A DNA stretch of 64,000 nt from Vicinamibacteria bacterium (GCA_965199715.1 OZ241322.1:576001-640000), one strand, 5' to 3'; positions 48,155-57,652 are shown, counted from the stretch's first letter. Translations and numbers: made by a program. Notes: generated by a model from the sequence alone, not told the origin.

Positions 48155-50791
48155 GTGCGCCCCCTGCTTCTCCTGTTGTCTCTTGGCCTTTCGGCGCTCG
48201 CCACCGCGCAGCCCCACGAGCACGAGGAGGAAGAGCACGAGCACGAGGAGCTCGTCGACGGCCTGAGCCGGGCGCTCGGGATGACCCGGGCCGAGGTCGA
48301 GGCGATGGGGCTCTCGCCCGACGAGGAGCGGCTGCTGCTGGAGGGGTTCGCCACGGAGACCATCGTCGTGGGCTCCCGGGCCGAGCCGCGCTCGGTGACG
48401 GCTTCGGCCGTCCCCGTGGACGTCCTCTCGGCCACGGATCTGGCGAGTCAGGGGGCGCTCGACCTGAAGGACCAATTGCGGAACGTCGTGCCCTCGCTGA
48501 ACGTGAACGACCAGCCGATCGCGGGCATGGCCTCGATCGTCCGCCCGGCGCTGCTGCGCAACCTCGCGCCGGACCACACGCTGGTCCTGCTGAACGGCAA
48601 GCGGCGCCACCGCTCCTCGGTGGTGGATTGGCACGGCGGGAACGGCGTCGCGTTCGGGTCGCAGGGGGCGGACATCTCGACGCTCCCGTCGATCGCGATC
48701 CGCCAGGTCGAGGTGCTGCGGGACGGCGCCGCGGCGCAGTACGGCTCGGACGCCATCGCCGGCGTGCTCAACTTCCAGTTGAAGGACGCCTCGTCGGGCG
48801 GCTCCGTGTCGTTCACCGCGGGCGCCCACGGCGAGGGCGACGGCGAATCGGGCCGGTTCGCGGCGAACTTCGGGCTCCCGCTGGGCGCGAGCGGCTTCGC
48901 GAACCTGAGCCTCGAGTACGGCGCCTCGGCCGCGACCAGCCGGACGGCGGCGCGCACCGACGCGCTGGCGCTCATCGCCGCCGGAAACACCCACGTCGCG
49001 TCCGAGGCGCCACAACGCTGGGGACGCCCGAGCGTGGAAGACGACCTGAAGCTCTTCGGGAACTTCGGATACACGGCCGCGGGCGGCGTCCAGACGTACG
49101 CCCACGCCAACTACGCCAGCCGCAAAGTGACGCAGGGGTTCTTCTTCCGGAATCCGAACACGCGACTCGGGGTGTACAGCAACGACGGCGGGGCCACGCT
49201 CCTGATCGCCGACGCGCTGCAGGCGGCGGGAACCGGCTCCGCTGGTTGCCCCGTGGTGCGGATCACCGACCACGTTCCCGATCCGGTCGCGCTCCGACAG
49301 GTGTTCGCGGATCCCGACTGCTTCACGTTTCAGGAGCTTCTCCCCGGAGGCTTCACGCCGCAGATGGGCGCCGTGGCGCGGGACGCGGCGGTGACCGCCG
49401 GCATGCGGGGGTTCCACGCCAACGGCTTCCAGTGGGACGTGAGCGGCGCGATCGGCGCCCACGAGACAGACACGTTCATCCGGGACACGGTGAACGCCTC
49501 GCTCGGCCCGGCCTCGCCCACGACGTTCGATCCGGGCTCGGCGGTGCAGCGGGAGATCAACCTCAACGTGGATCTCTCGTACCACCTGAGCGAACGGGTG
49601 CACCTCTCGGGCGGCGCGGAGTGGCGGAACGAGGCCTACGAGGTCCTTCAGGGCGACGAGGCGTCGTGGGCCGTGGGTCCCTACGGTCGTCAGGGATTCA
49701 CTTCGGGTTCCAACGGCTTCTTCGGGTACAGCCCCCTCCATGCCGGTCGGTGGGATCGCTCCAGTACGGCCGGCTACCTTGATCTGGAGCTCCACGAGGA
49801 AGAGGACTGGACCGCCGGGGCCGCAGTCCGGCTGGAGGACTTCGAGGACTTCGGCACGACCCTGAACGGCAAACTCACCGGGCGCTTTCGATTCCTGCGC
49901 GCCGGCGTCAGCACCGGATTCCGCGCCCCGACTCCGGGCCAGCAGAACGCTTTCAACATCGCGAGCTGGTTCGACCCGTCGGTCGGCGACCTGATCAACC
50001 TCGGCGCGATTCCGCCGACTTCCCCGCTCGCTGCGCTGCGCGGCGGAAAGCCGCTCGGGCCGGAACGCTCGGTGAACTACACCTTCGGGGCCGTGCTGGA
50101 AGCGGGGACCGTTTCGGTCACAGCCGACTACTTCCGGATCGAGCTGTCGGATCGCATCGGCATCACCAGCAACTTCACCCTGACCGAGCCGGAAATCGTG
50201 GAGTTGGAGACGGCTGGCATCGCGGCGGCCAGAGACCTGCGCCGCTTCCGCTTCTTCACGAACGCGTTCTCGACCCGTTCCCACGGGATCGACGTGGTCG
50301 GGACGTGGACTCCGCTGGCGCTCCGGGGAAACACGACGGTGAGCGCCGCCTGGAACCACACCCGGTCACAAGTCACCGAGAACGAGGGCGGCCTGCTGGA
50401 TGACCGGCGGATCACCGAATACGCCTACGCCCTCCCCCGGAACCGAGGCAACGTCACGGTCGTCCACCACGCCGGACCGGCCCGGATGCTCGGAAGGCTC
50501 AGCTACTACGGCGGGTGGTACGACTTCGACAGCGGCTACGCACAGATCTTCGATCCGTCGGCGGGACTGGAGCAGGGGTTCTTCAACGGGCGTCCGATCG
50601 TCGATCTCGAAGTCACGCTGGACGTACGCAACAACGTGACGCTGACCGTCGGCGGCCAGAACGCGCTGAACACGTACTCGCAAGTCACGGCCCGCGCCGG
50701 CGACGTGGGGGAGAAATACAGTGAGTACACGCCCTGGGGGATGAGCGGCGGCTACTACTACGTCCGCCTCGGCTACGACTGGGGCCAGTAG
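48155..50791 (+). CDS. TonB-dependent receptor with His/Glu-rich N-terminus
   Basis: ETIVVGSR, HTLVLLNGKRRH, EVLRDGAAAQYGSDAIAGVLN, STGFRAPTPGQ, C-terminal YVRLGYDW. Confidence 0.92.
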   Translation: MRPLLLLLSLGLSALATAQPHEHEEEEHEHEELVDGLSRALGMTRAEVEAMGLSPDEERLLLEGFATETIVVGSRAEPRSVTASAVPVDVLSATDLASQGALDLKDQLRNVVPSLNVNDQPIAGMASIVRPALLRNLAPDHTLVLLNGKRRHRSSVVDWHGGNGVAFGSQGADISTLPSIAIRQVEVLRDGAAAQYGSDAIAGVLNFQLKDASSGGSVSFTAGAHGEGDGESGRFAANFGLPLGASGFANLSLEYGASAATSRTAARTDALALIAAGNTHVASEAPQRWGRPSVEDDLKLFGNFGYTAAGGVQTYAHANYASRKVTQGFFFRNPNTRLGVYSNDGGATLLIADALQAAGTGSAGCPVVRITDHVPDPVALRQVFADPDCFTFQELLPGGFTPQMGAVARDAAVTAGMRGFHANGFQWDVSGAIGAHETDTFIRDTVNASLGPASPTTFDPGSAVQREINLNVDLSYHLSERVHLSGGAEWRNEAYEVLQGDEASWAVGPYGRQGFTSGSNGFFGYSPLHAGRWDRSSTAGYLDLELHEEEDWTAGAAVRLEDFEDFGTTLNGKLTGRFRFLRAGVSTGFRAPTPGQQNAFNIASWFDPSVGDLINLGAIPPTSPLAALRGGKPLGPERSVNYTFGAVLEAGTVSVTADYFRIELSDRIGITSNFTLTEPEIVELETAGIAAARDLRRFRFFTNAFSTRSHGIDVVGTWTPLALRGNTTVSAAWNHTRSQVTENEGGLLDDRRITEYAYALPRNRGNVTVVHHAGPARMLGRLSYYGGWYDFDSGYAQIFDPSAGLEQGFFNGRPIVDLEVTLDVRNNVTLTVGGQNALNTYSQVTARAGDVGEKYSEYTPWGMSGGYYYVRLGYDWGQ

Positions 50792-50837
50792 GGGCTGGAG
50801 CCGCGCTCGATCACTTTGGGACCCCTCACGCACATGT

Positions 50838-51698
50838 TCACTGAGCCTTGGCGGCTAACCTATCCAGCGCCGCCAGCATCGCCTGCCGAGAAAGCGTCGC
50901 CGTGTGTACGTCCGGCGTGAAGCCGGTCTCCAACTGCTTGCTAGCGTGTACGTAATTCCGAAACTCCCGAAGCGCGTGGCTATATTTCAGAATATCGTCG
51001 CCCAAGAGTCCTCTTTCGTGCGCCGTGTCAATCATCGGCCCCAGACTCACGCCTCCCTTCTTGCCCTTGCGTCCGATGAGCACACCCTGCCGCCCAGCTA
51101 AAGCAGCCGTCGCAGTCGTGCCGCCCGCTGTAGGTAGGCGCAGGGCAGCCATCAAGACCGCTTCCAGTACGCTGCCGCACAGGATGATCGTGGCAAGATG
51201 CGCCCCCGCTGCGAAGCAGGCCTCGATTTCCGTCAGGCGTAGGGCCACGATCGGTCGCAGCACTCCGTCGATCGGGAGCCGCGAGATGTCTGGGCGCGGA
51301 AACTCCGCTTGGAGGAACGTTCCGACATCAGAAACGCGAGTCTCCCCCACTCCACCGACCAGTCGTATTGCCAAGGCGTGTGTTCGCTCCAATAGGCGAT
51401 CGTCCCCATTCTCACGACCGGGTGCATAGTGCACCGTGTAGTGTTCGCACAAGCCAAGCAGAACACGCCCTACAAGATCATTCGACTCCAAGCTCCAGAA
51501 CGCACGAAGCCGATTGGCTTTGGACTGACCTTGCTGACTGTATTTCTCCGAATAGATGTCGATTCCGTAGTCCTCGAAGAACTCGGCGAAGGTCCGATTG
51601 GAGAAATCAAGGACGTAGCCGCTCTCCATACCGAGAAGGCGCTCGAGAGACAATTTGCCCGAGCTCTTCAAGGAACTCATCGCGAGTAGTCGCGGCAT
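50838..51698 (-). CDS. putative defence protein: Abi-associated N-terminal domain + HEPN-like C-terminal domain
   Basis: GYVLDFSNRTFAEFF...IDIY...SKANRLRAFW N-terminus; C-terminal ILCGSVLEAVL...LREFRNYVH; visibly lower GC than neighbours. Confidence 0.6.
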   Translation of the reverse strand: MPRLLAMSSLKSSGKLSLERLLGMESGYVLDFSNRTFAEFFEDYGIDIYSEKYSQQGQSKANRLRAFWSLESNDLVGRVLLGLCEHYTVHYAPGRENGDDRLLERTHALAIRLVGGVGETRVSDVGTFLQAEFPRPDISRLPIDGVLRPIVALRLTEIEACFAAGAHLATIILCGSVLEAVLMAALRLPTAGGTTATAALAGRQGVLIGRKGKKGGVSLGPMIDTAHERGLLGDDILKYSHALREFRNYVHASKQLETGFTPDVHTATLSRQAMLAALDRLAAKAQ

Positions 51699-51823
51699 GC
51701 TCGGACTAGGCTGGCGCCCTTCTGTGGATGGGAAGGGCGTAACGCACGACGCTTCGGATCCGGGCCATCAGGAGGGCTCGGCAGCAAGGGACACGGGGCG
51801 GCGGAAGCAGCGGACACTCGGCG

Positions 51824-52144
51824 CTACTCCGCGTCGGCCACGACGGAAGCCGTGGGGTCCACTCCGGCATCGGACACAAAGTCCAGGCGGAGACGCGTAC
51901 CGGTCGCCTTGGCGTACCGCTGCAGCGTCGCCACTGAGGGAGAGACCTTCCCCCCCTCAAGGCGTGCGATCGCGGACTGCGTGGTGCCGAGACGGCGAGC
52001 GACATCCTCCTGGGTGAGGTTGGCGGCCGTCCGGGCACGGAGCAGCGCCTCAAGAAGGCCAAACTCCTCTTCAGCACGTGCGTACTCGGCCGGGAACTCC
52101 GGGTCCTTCATGAACCGCTTCTCAAGGTCCTCAAGCTTGGTCAT
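51824..52144 (-). CDS. XRE-family HTH antitoxin (HigA-like)
   Basis: ARTAANLTQEDVARRLGTTQSAIARLEGGKVSPSVATLQRYAKATG; overlaps the toxin stop. Confidence 0.9.
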   Translation of the reverse strand: MTKLEDLEKRFMKDPEFPAEYARAEEEFGLLEALLRARTAANLTQEDVARRLGTTQSAIARLEGGKVSPSVATLQRYAKATGTRLRLDFVSDAGVDPTASVVADAE

Positions 52145-52463
52145 GGAATCACCTGCTTCATCCGTTCACGAGCCGTCGCGAGCGCCCGCAGGGGCGTGCG
52201 ACGCGATTTCTTGGGGAACGCGTGCAGCGCCACGACACGCCGACCGGTGACTGTCACGTAGATCGCCCGTGCCCTCGTGCCGTGTGCGCTGACCTTGAAC
52301 TCCCAGGGTCTTCCCCCAAGGTGCCTGGCGTGCCTAGCCGGAAGGTTGATGGGCCCGAACTCCCGAACAGTTCGAAGCAGCCGCAACAAACGCGCACGGG
52401 GGGCTGAGGGGAGCGCCGCAATTTCCGAGTCCGCCGCCGGACAGCTTCCACGACCCAACCCAC
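52141..52463 (-). pseudogene. RelE/HigB (Gp49-like) toxin, frameshifted near the N-terminus
   Basis: GTG 52463 reads VGWVVEAV; the body (AADSEIAALP...RHLGGRPWEFK...RAIYV...LHAFPKKSRRTP) is in another frame, with the shift near 52439. Confidence 0.7.
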
Positions 52464-52469
52464 ACGAGC

Positions 52470-52489
52470 ATTATAGCGTTCTTGCTATA
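52470..52489 (-). promoter_or_regulatory. -10 box and palindromic operator of the higBA-like operon
   Basis: TATAAT (52475-52470) 6 nt before the GTG start, overlapped by the inverted repeat TATAGC-N6-GCTATA (52472-52489). Confidence 0.7.
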
Positions 52490-52499
52490 TACGCGATAC

Positions 52500-54089
52500 T
52501 CAGGGGCGGTCGGCGAGGCGGCGGGCGCGGAACTCGCTGGTCTCGCTCCACTCCGGCCAGTCCTCGGAGTCCGCGAGGCTGCGGCCCATCCGGTAGAGGA
52601 ACTCCAGATCCTCGACCATTCCGGAGAGGTCCCATGCGTCCTCCACCTCGTCGGCGGGCTTGTGGTAAAGCTCGGCGACGTAGCGCTCGCGCATCTCCAT
52701 TCCATAGCCCTCGGGCTTGCCGATGAACTCCGAGCCCCCGTCCCCGTAGAACGCCGGAACGCCGACCTTCGCGAACTCGAAATGGTCGGACCGGTAGTAG
52801 TAGCCGTTCTGCGGCTCGGGATCCGGTCGCAGTTCCCTGCCGAGCGCCGCGGCGACTCCACCAGCCACATCGTCCAGCTCGGACTGGCCGAGGCCGACGA
52901 CGGTGATGTCCGAAGTCCGCCCCCAGACGTTCATGCCGTCAAGGTTGAGCGCCGCCACGGTCTCCCGAGTCGGGTAGAGCTGGTTCTCGGCGTAGAAGCG
53001 GGACCCAAGCAACCCCTGCTCCTCGGCGGTCACCGCGAGGAACAGCACGCTGCGGCGTGGGGCGGGTTCCCGGCCGAACGCCTCGGCGAGCGCCACCAGT
53101 CCCATGGTTCCGGTCGCGTTGTCGATGGCCCCGTTGTAGATGCGGTCGCCGTCGCCGCCGGGAGCGGTCCCGAGATGATCCCAGTGCGCCGTGTAGATGA
53201 TGGTCTCGCCGGGCGCTTCCGCACCGGGCAGTCGCGCGAGGACGTTCCGGGACCGGAGCGTGCGGCGGGTGAGTTCCAGCTCGAACGAGGCGCCCACGCC
53301 GAGCTCCACCGGCTCGAAGTCCGGCTCCGCCGCTGCGGCGCGAGCGGCGTCGAAGTCGTGTCCTGCGCTCTCGAACAACCGAATGGCGTTCTCCCTCGAA
53401 ATCCATCCCTCCAGTTCCAACAGGTTCCCGTCGTCGGGTACGTCGAGGTCAAACTGTTCGCCGGTCCACGAACCGCTGACGACCTCCCACGGATATCCGG
53501 CAGGGCCGGTCTCGTGAACCACGAGCGCCCCGAGCGCACCCATCTCCGCCGCCTTCTCGAACTTGTAGGTCCAGCGCCCGTAGTACGTCATCGCGCTTCC
53601 ACCGAAGTGGTGGTCTCCCGGCGGATCGTTCACGAGCACCACCAGAATCTTCCCGGCGAGGTCGGCCTCGCCGAAGTCGTCCCAGCCGTACTCCGGGGCT
53701 TGAACGCCGTATCCGACGAAGAGCAGGTCACCGGCGGTGGCGGCGGACTCCACCGGGCGACGGGTCCATGCCACGAAGTCGGTGGCCGCCTCCCACGCAC
53801 CGCCGGGGTCCGAGGCGCCGGCCATGGTGGTCACGGTGTATCCGACGAGGGGCACTTCCTGAACCCACGTCCGGTCGGGGTTCCCGGGCTCCATTCCGGC
53901 CTCCGTGAATCCGCGCACGAGGGCGTCCACGACGAGTTCCTCGCCGGGCGAACCCGGGGCCCGGCCACCGAACTCGTCGGAAGAGAACGTGGAAATCTGG
54001 TTCAACAGACGCGCCTCGTCGAAGCGCGGAGCCTCGCCGCCGCACGCGAGCGACAGGAGCAGAAAGACGGCGACGGCGAACCGGAACAT
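52500..54089 (-). CDS. M28 family aminopeptidase with PA domain, lipoprotein
   Basis: SLAC lipobox, SSDEFGGR, TAHWDHLG, GAIDNATG, TAEEQGLLGS, RSDHF, YHKPAD. Confidence 0.93.
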   Translation of the reverse strand: MFRFAVAVFLLLSLACGGEAPRFDEARLLNQISTFSSDEFGGRAPGSPGEELVVDALVRGFTEAGMEPGNPDRTWVQEVPLVGYTVTTMAGASDPGGAWEAATDFVAWTRRPVESAATAGDLLFVGYGVQAPEYGWDDFGEADLAGKILVVLVNDPPGDHHFGGSAMTYYGRWTYKFEKAAEMGALGALVVHETGPAGYPWEVVSGSWTGEQFDLDVPDDGNLLELEGWISRENAIRLFESAGHDFDAARAAAAEPDFEPVELGVGASFELELTRRTLRSRNVLARLPGAEAPGETIIYTAHWDHLGTAPGGDGDRIYNGAIDNATGTMGLVALAEAFGREPAPRRSVLFLAVTAEEQGLLGSRFYAENQLYPTRETVAALNLDGMNVWGRTSDITVVGLGQSELDDVAGGVAAALGRELRPDPEPQNGYYYRSDHFEFAKVGVPAFYGDGGSEFIGKPEGYGMEMRERYVAELYHKPADEVEDAWDLSGMVEDLEFLYRMGRSLADSEDWPEWSETSEFRARRLADRP

Positions 54090-54151
54090 GCGAGGAACCT
54101 CCACGGAAGGACCAATTCTGGCAAAATCGCCCGCCCTCAGGAGGTGATCCG

Positions 54152-54652
54152 ATGAACTACTGGATTCCGTTCGGAAACCGGCTTGACGCCGCTGGCGTGG
54201 GTCGGGCGGTCCGCATCGCCATCGTCATCTCGCTCGTGGTGACGCTCGTGCGGCTCCTCGGGGCGCTCGGGGGGCTTCCCGACGCCCTCGTGAACCGTGA
54301 GGCCGGCGGGGCCGGGGCGATCATCGGCATCGTCTGGCTCATCCCGCTGTTCGCGATCTGGTTCGGCGTCCTCCGGGGCCGCTCCGGCGAGCGCGGCCTC
54401 GGGGGCGCACTGCTCGCAAACTTCTCGTATTCGGTGGGAGCGCGGGTTCCCGTGATGGTCATCATGCTGTTCGCAACGCTCGGCGCGTGGGGCACGCACT
54501 ACGACGCCTACCCCGACATGGAGGGGATGGCCCCGCTGGCGCGGTGGTTCATTGGCGGCGTGCTCCCGCAGATCGGTTTCTGGATGCTGGCCGTCACCAC
54601 GCTGATCGGAGGGCTGATCACGTGGGCGACGAGTCGGCTCGTCCGCTCGTGA
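54152..54652 (+). CDS. hypothetical membrane protein
   Basis: AGGAGG RBS; about four hydrophobic segments; WGTHYD motif. Confidence 0.65.
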   Translation: MNYWIPFGNRLDAAGVGRAVRIAIVISLVVTLVRLLGALGGLPDALVNREAGGAGAIIGIVWLIPLFAIWFGVLRGRSGERGLGGALLANFSYSVGARVPVMVIMLFATLGAWGTHYDAYPDMEGMAPLARWFIGGVLPQIGFWMLAVTTLIGGLITWATSRLVRS

Positions 54653-55158
54653 GCGATCCCCGCTTCCCGATCGGGCGGTTCGCCGCCCCCGATCCGATCA
54701 CGGAGGAGCACATCGCCGAGTGGACGGCCGATCTGGGCCGCCTCCCTCTTGACCTGCGGCGCGCCGTGACGCCGCTGTCGGAGAGCCAGCGCGACACGCC
54801 CTACCGGCCGGGCGGCTGGACCGTCCGGCAAATCGTCCACCATCTCTCGGACACGCACCTCAACAGCTTCCTCCGGTTCCGCTGGGCGCTGACCGAGGAC
54901 GCCCCGGTCGTGAAGCCGTTCGATGTGGGGAAGGTCGCGGAGCTCCCCGATTACCAAGCGCCGGTCGAACACTCGCTTGACCTGCTGGAGGCGCTCCACG
55001 CCCGCTGGGTGGGAGTTCTCGCCGGCGTGCGTTTCGCCGAGCTCCAGCGCTCCTTTCGAAGCCCCGAGGGGAACGTCACAACGCTGGCGAAGAACCTCGG
55101 GATCTACACGTGGCACGGCCGCCACCACCTCGCCCACATCCAGAACGCCCCCATCTGA
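54649..55158 (+). CDS. YfiT/BstA-like DinB-superfamily thiol transferase
   Basis: DPRFPIGRF, DTPYRPGGWTVRQIVHHLSDTH, YTWHGRHHLAHI; GTG overlaps the upstream stop. Confidence 0.9.
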   Translation: MSDPRFPIGRFAAPDPITEEHIAEWTADLGRLPLDLRRAVTPLSESQRDTPYRPGGWTVRQIVHHLSDTHLNSFLRFRWALTEDAPVVKPFDVGKVAELPDYQAPVEHSLDLLEALHARWVGVLAGVRFAELQRSFRSPEGNVTTLAKNLGIYTWHGRHHLAHIQNAPI

Positions 55159-55211
55159 ACTTCTGGAGCTCGCGCTCGTTCCGAGCGGGCGGCGGTGGTA
55201 GCCGCTCCGGC

Positions 55212-55616
55212 TCAGTAGGCGACTGAGAACCGGAAGCGCGCCCGCGCCTCGGTGGCTGCGGCGAGCATTTCCTCAAGCTGCGCCAGCTCCGAGCGGAGCG
55301 CGGCGGGGGCCGGGAATGCCTCCGGGTCGGCATCCAGCCCCGCACGGAGCGCCCGGATCAGGTCCAGACCGTCCTGCGCCCGGAACCAGCCCGCCGGCGT
55401 CACCGCATCGGCGTCCGCGTCGAAGTTGAGGTCGGCGGCGAGAATCTCGGTTTCCTCCGGGCTGAGACTCACGAACTCGTCCAGCGGCGACAGGCCCGCC
55501 GCCTCAGCGACCTCGGAGAGTTCCCATCGCGCCTGATTCAGGGCGTGCCCGGCGAACTCATCCGGGGCGAACCCGGCGACCGGACGGTCCAGCGCGATCG
55601 AGATGCCGACGCCCAC
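55212..55616 (-). CDS. hypothetical protein
   Basis: GC-rich coding pattern, GTG start near 55616, co-oriented behind DUF1684. Confidence 0.55.
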   Translation of the reverse strand: MGVGISIALDRPVAGFAPDEFAGHALNQARWELSEVAEAAGLSPLDEFVSLSPEETEILAADLNFDADADAVTPAGWFRAQDGLDLIRALRAGLDADPEAFPAPAALRSELAQLEEMLAAATEARARFRFSVAY

Positions 55617-55626
55617 CGGGAAGCGA

Positions 55627-56529
55627 TCAGCCGGTGGGTGCGGCCGGGCGGTGGTAGCGCTGCTCGCCGGCCTCGACCCGGATCTCAAGCCGGTTCTGCG
55701 GCGGCGGCGTCGGGCAGGTCGTGAACTCGCTGAACCCGCAGGGCGGATTCTCGGCGCGGTTGAAGTCGAGGATCACCCTGCCGTCCGCCGGCGGCGGGAC
55801 CGTGAGGAACCGCGCCGACGGGTAGGTCTCCACTCCGCTCGTGCCGTCGGTCATGACGAAGAACAGGTTGCCGTTGCTGCGGGTGAACGCCTGCATCCGC
55901 TGGCTCTCGCCGCCGAGATCGAACACCACTTCGCCGTGCGACACGTAGTCCTCAAGATCGCCCCGGATGTTGACCGCCTTGACGTGGCGTTCCTCGGCGT
56001 AGGGATCGAACACCGCTTCGACCCGATACTCGGGCGACGGCGGATACCAGACGCGGCCGGTGAAGGTGGTCCGCAGCCAATGATCGAGGTCCCGCAGCCG
56101 GAGCGCCCGGCGCTCGCCGCTCGTGTGGAGCCAGAACCACACCCGATCGTCGAGCGCCAGCGCGGCGGCCTCGCCGATCTCGAGTTCGCCGGAGGTGAAG
56201 GGCTCGCCCTTGAGCGTCGCCTCCACGCCGTCCGCCACGGTCGCGAAGGCGCGCCCATCCGCGTCGAAGGTCACGTGCACCGCGGATTCCGGAAAGCGCT
56301 CCGGAAGGCGCAGGTCATCGGCCTCGGCGCTGCCGACCGTATGCTCCCCGGCGGTCAGGAAGTGGAGATCGGCGACGGTGAGCCAGCTTCGGTCGGAGGT
56401 GAGGTCCGCCTCCTCCCGCTGGCGCCAGTCGGCCACGGACCGCTCCCACGCGGCCGGATCGAACGGCTCGTTTCCGGTCCCGCAGGCCAGAAGGGTCGGA
56501 ACGAGGAGGATGGAGAGGAGGGCACGCAT
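55627..56529 (-). CDS. DUF1684 domain lipoprotein
   Basis: LLAC lipobox; DGTSGVETYPSARFL, LDFNRAENPPCGFSEFTTCPTPPPQNRL...AGE. Confidence 0.9.
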   Translation of the reverse strand: MRALLSILLVPTLLACGTGNEPFDPAAWERSVADWRQREEADLTSDRSWLTVADLHFLTAGEHTVGSAEADDLRLPERFPESAVHVTFDADGRAFATVADGVEATLKGEPFTSGELEIGEAAALALDDRVWFWLHTSGERRALRLRDLDHWLRTTFTGRVWYPPSPEYRVEAVFDPYAEERHVKAVNIRGDLEDYVSHGEVVFDLGGESQRMQAFTRSNGNLFFVMTDGTSGVETYPSARFLTVPPPADGRVILDFNRAENPPCGFSEFTTCPTPPPQNRLEIRVEAGEQRYHRPAAPTG

Positions 56530-56539
56530 GCCCCGCATT

Positions 56540-57644
56540 CTACGAAGGCGGGCGGGCGAAGAACTTCAGCCCGGCCTTGATGAAGGCGTCGAGGTCGCCG
56601 CCCATGACCCGGTCCACGTCTCCCGCCTGATGGCCGGTCCGGTGGTCCTTGACCATGCGATACGGCTGGAACACGTACGACCGGATCTGGTTGCCCCACG
56701 TGTTCTCGCCGAGGCTCTCCCTTTGCGCCTCCTCGGATTCCTTCTGCTCGCGCACCGCCTTGTCGTACAGGCGCGCCCGCAGCACCTTCATCGCGCTGTC
56801 GCGGTTGCGGTGCTGGGAGCGCTCGTTCTGGCAGGAGACCACGATCCCGGTCGGCAGGTGGGTGATCCGGACCGCCGAATCGGTCACGTTCACGTGCTGG
56901 CCGCCCTTGCCGCTGGCGCGGAAGGTGTCGATGCGCAGGTCGCCCTCCTCGATCTCGATCTCGATGCGGTCGTCGAGATCGGGGAACGCCGCCACCGACG
57001 CGAACGACGTGTGCCGCCGGTGCTGGGCGTCGAACGGGGACATGCGGACCAGCCGGTGGATGCCCGACTCGACCCGCAGCAGCCCGTAGGCGTGTTCGCC
57101 CCGCACCTCGACGGTCGCGCTCTTGATCCCCGCCTCGTCGCCCGCCTGCCGGTCGAGAATCTCCACGGTCAGGCCCCGGCCGCTCGCCCAGCGCAGGTAC
57201 ATCCCGAGGAGCATCCCGGCCCAGTCCTGCGCGTCGGTGCCCCCGGCGCCGGGGTTGATCGACAGGATGGCGTCCTCGCCGTCGTGCTCGCCGTGGAAGA
57301 GCCGCCGCAGCTCCAGCTCCCCGACGCGGGCCGTGAGCCGGTCGAGGTGCTCCTTCAAGTCGGCTTCGACGTCTTCCTCCCCCTCTTCGGCCCACTCGAC
57401 GAGCGTCGCGACCTCGTCGGCCAGACCGTCGAGGTCGCGGCCCCCGTCGAGATCGGACGCGAGCGAGGCGCGGCGGCGCGAGAGCTCCCGCCCGCTCCCC
57501 GACGCCGACCAGACCTCCGGGTCGCTCAGCTTCCGGTCGAGTTCGGCGATCTCCCGCGCCGCGGCGTCCAGGTCAAAGGAACCCCCTGACGGCGCCGATC
57601 CGGTCCTTGAGCCCTCGCCAGCGTTCGAGCAGTTCCTGCTGCAT
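56540..57644 (-). CDS. prfB: peptide chain release factor 2 (programmed +1 frameshift)
   Basis: ATG 57644 reads MQQELLERWRGLKDRIGAVRGFL, then CTT TGA C at 57578-57572 with internal SD AGGGGG; downstream SPF and GGQ motifs. Confidence 0.96.
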
Positions 57645-57652
57645 GGCCCCAG

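Noticed and set aside
51700-51823. Possible integron attC site (GTTACGC plus hairpin) upstream of the low-GC gene
   Set aside because: There is no matching RYYYAAC inverse core, no second attC after the gene and no integrase. The CGCCCTTC/GAAGGGCG hairpin is more simply a terminator-like stem.
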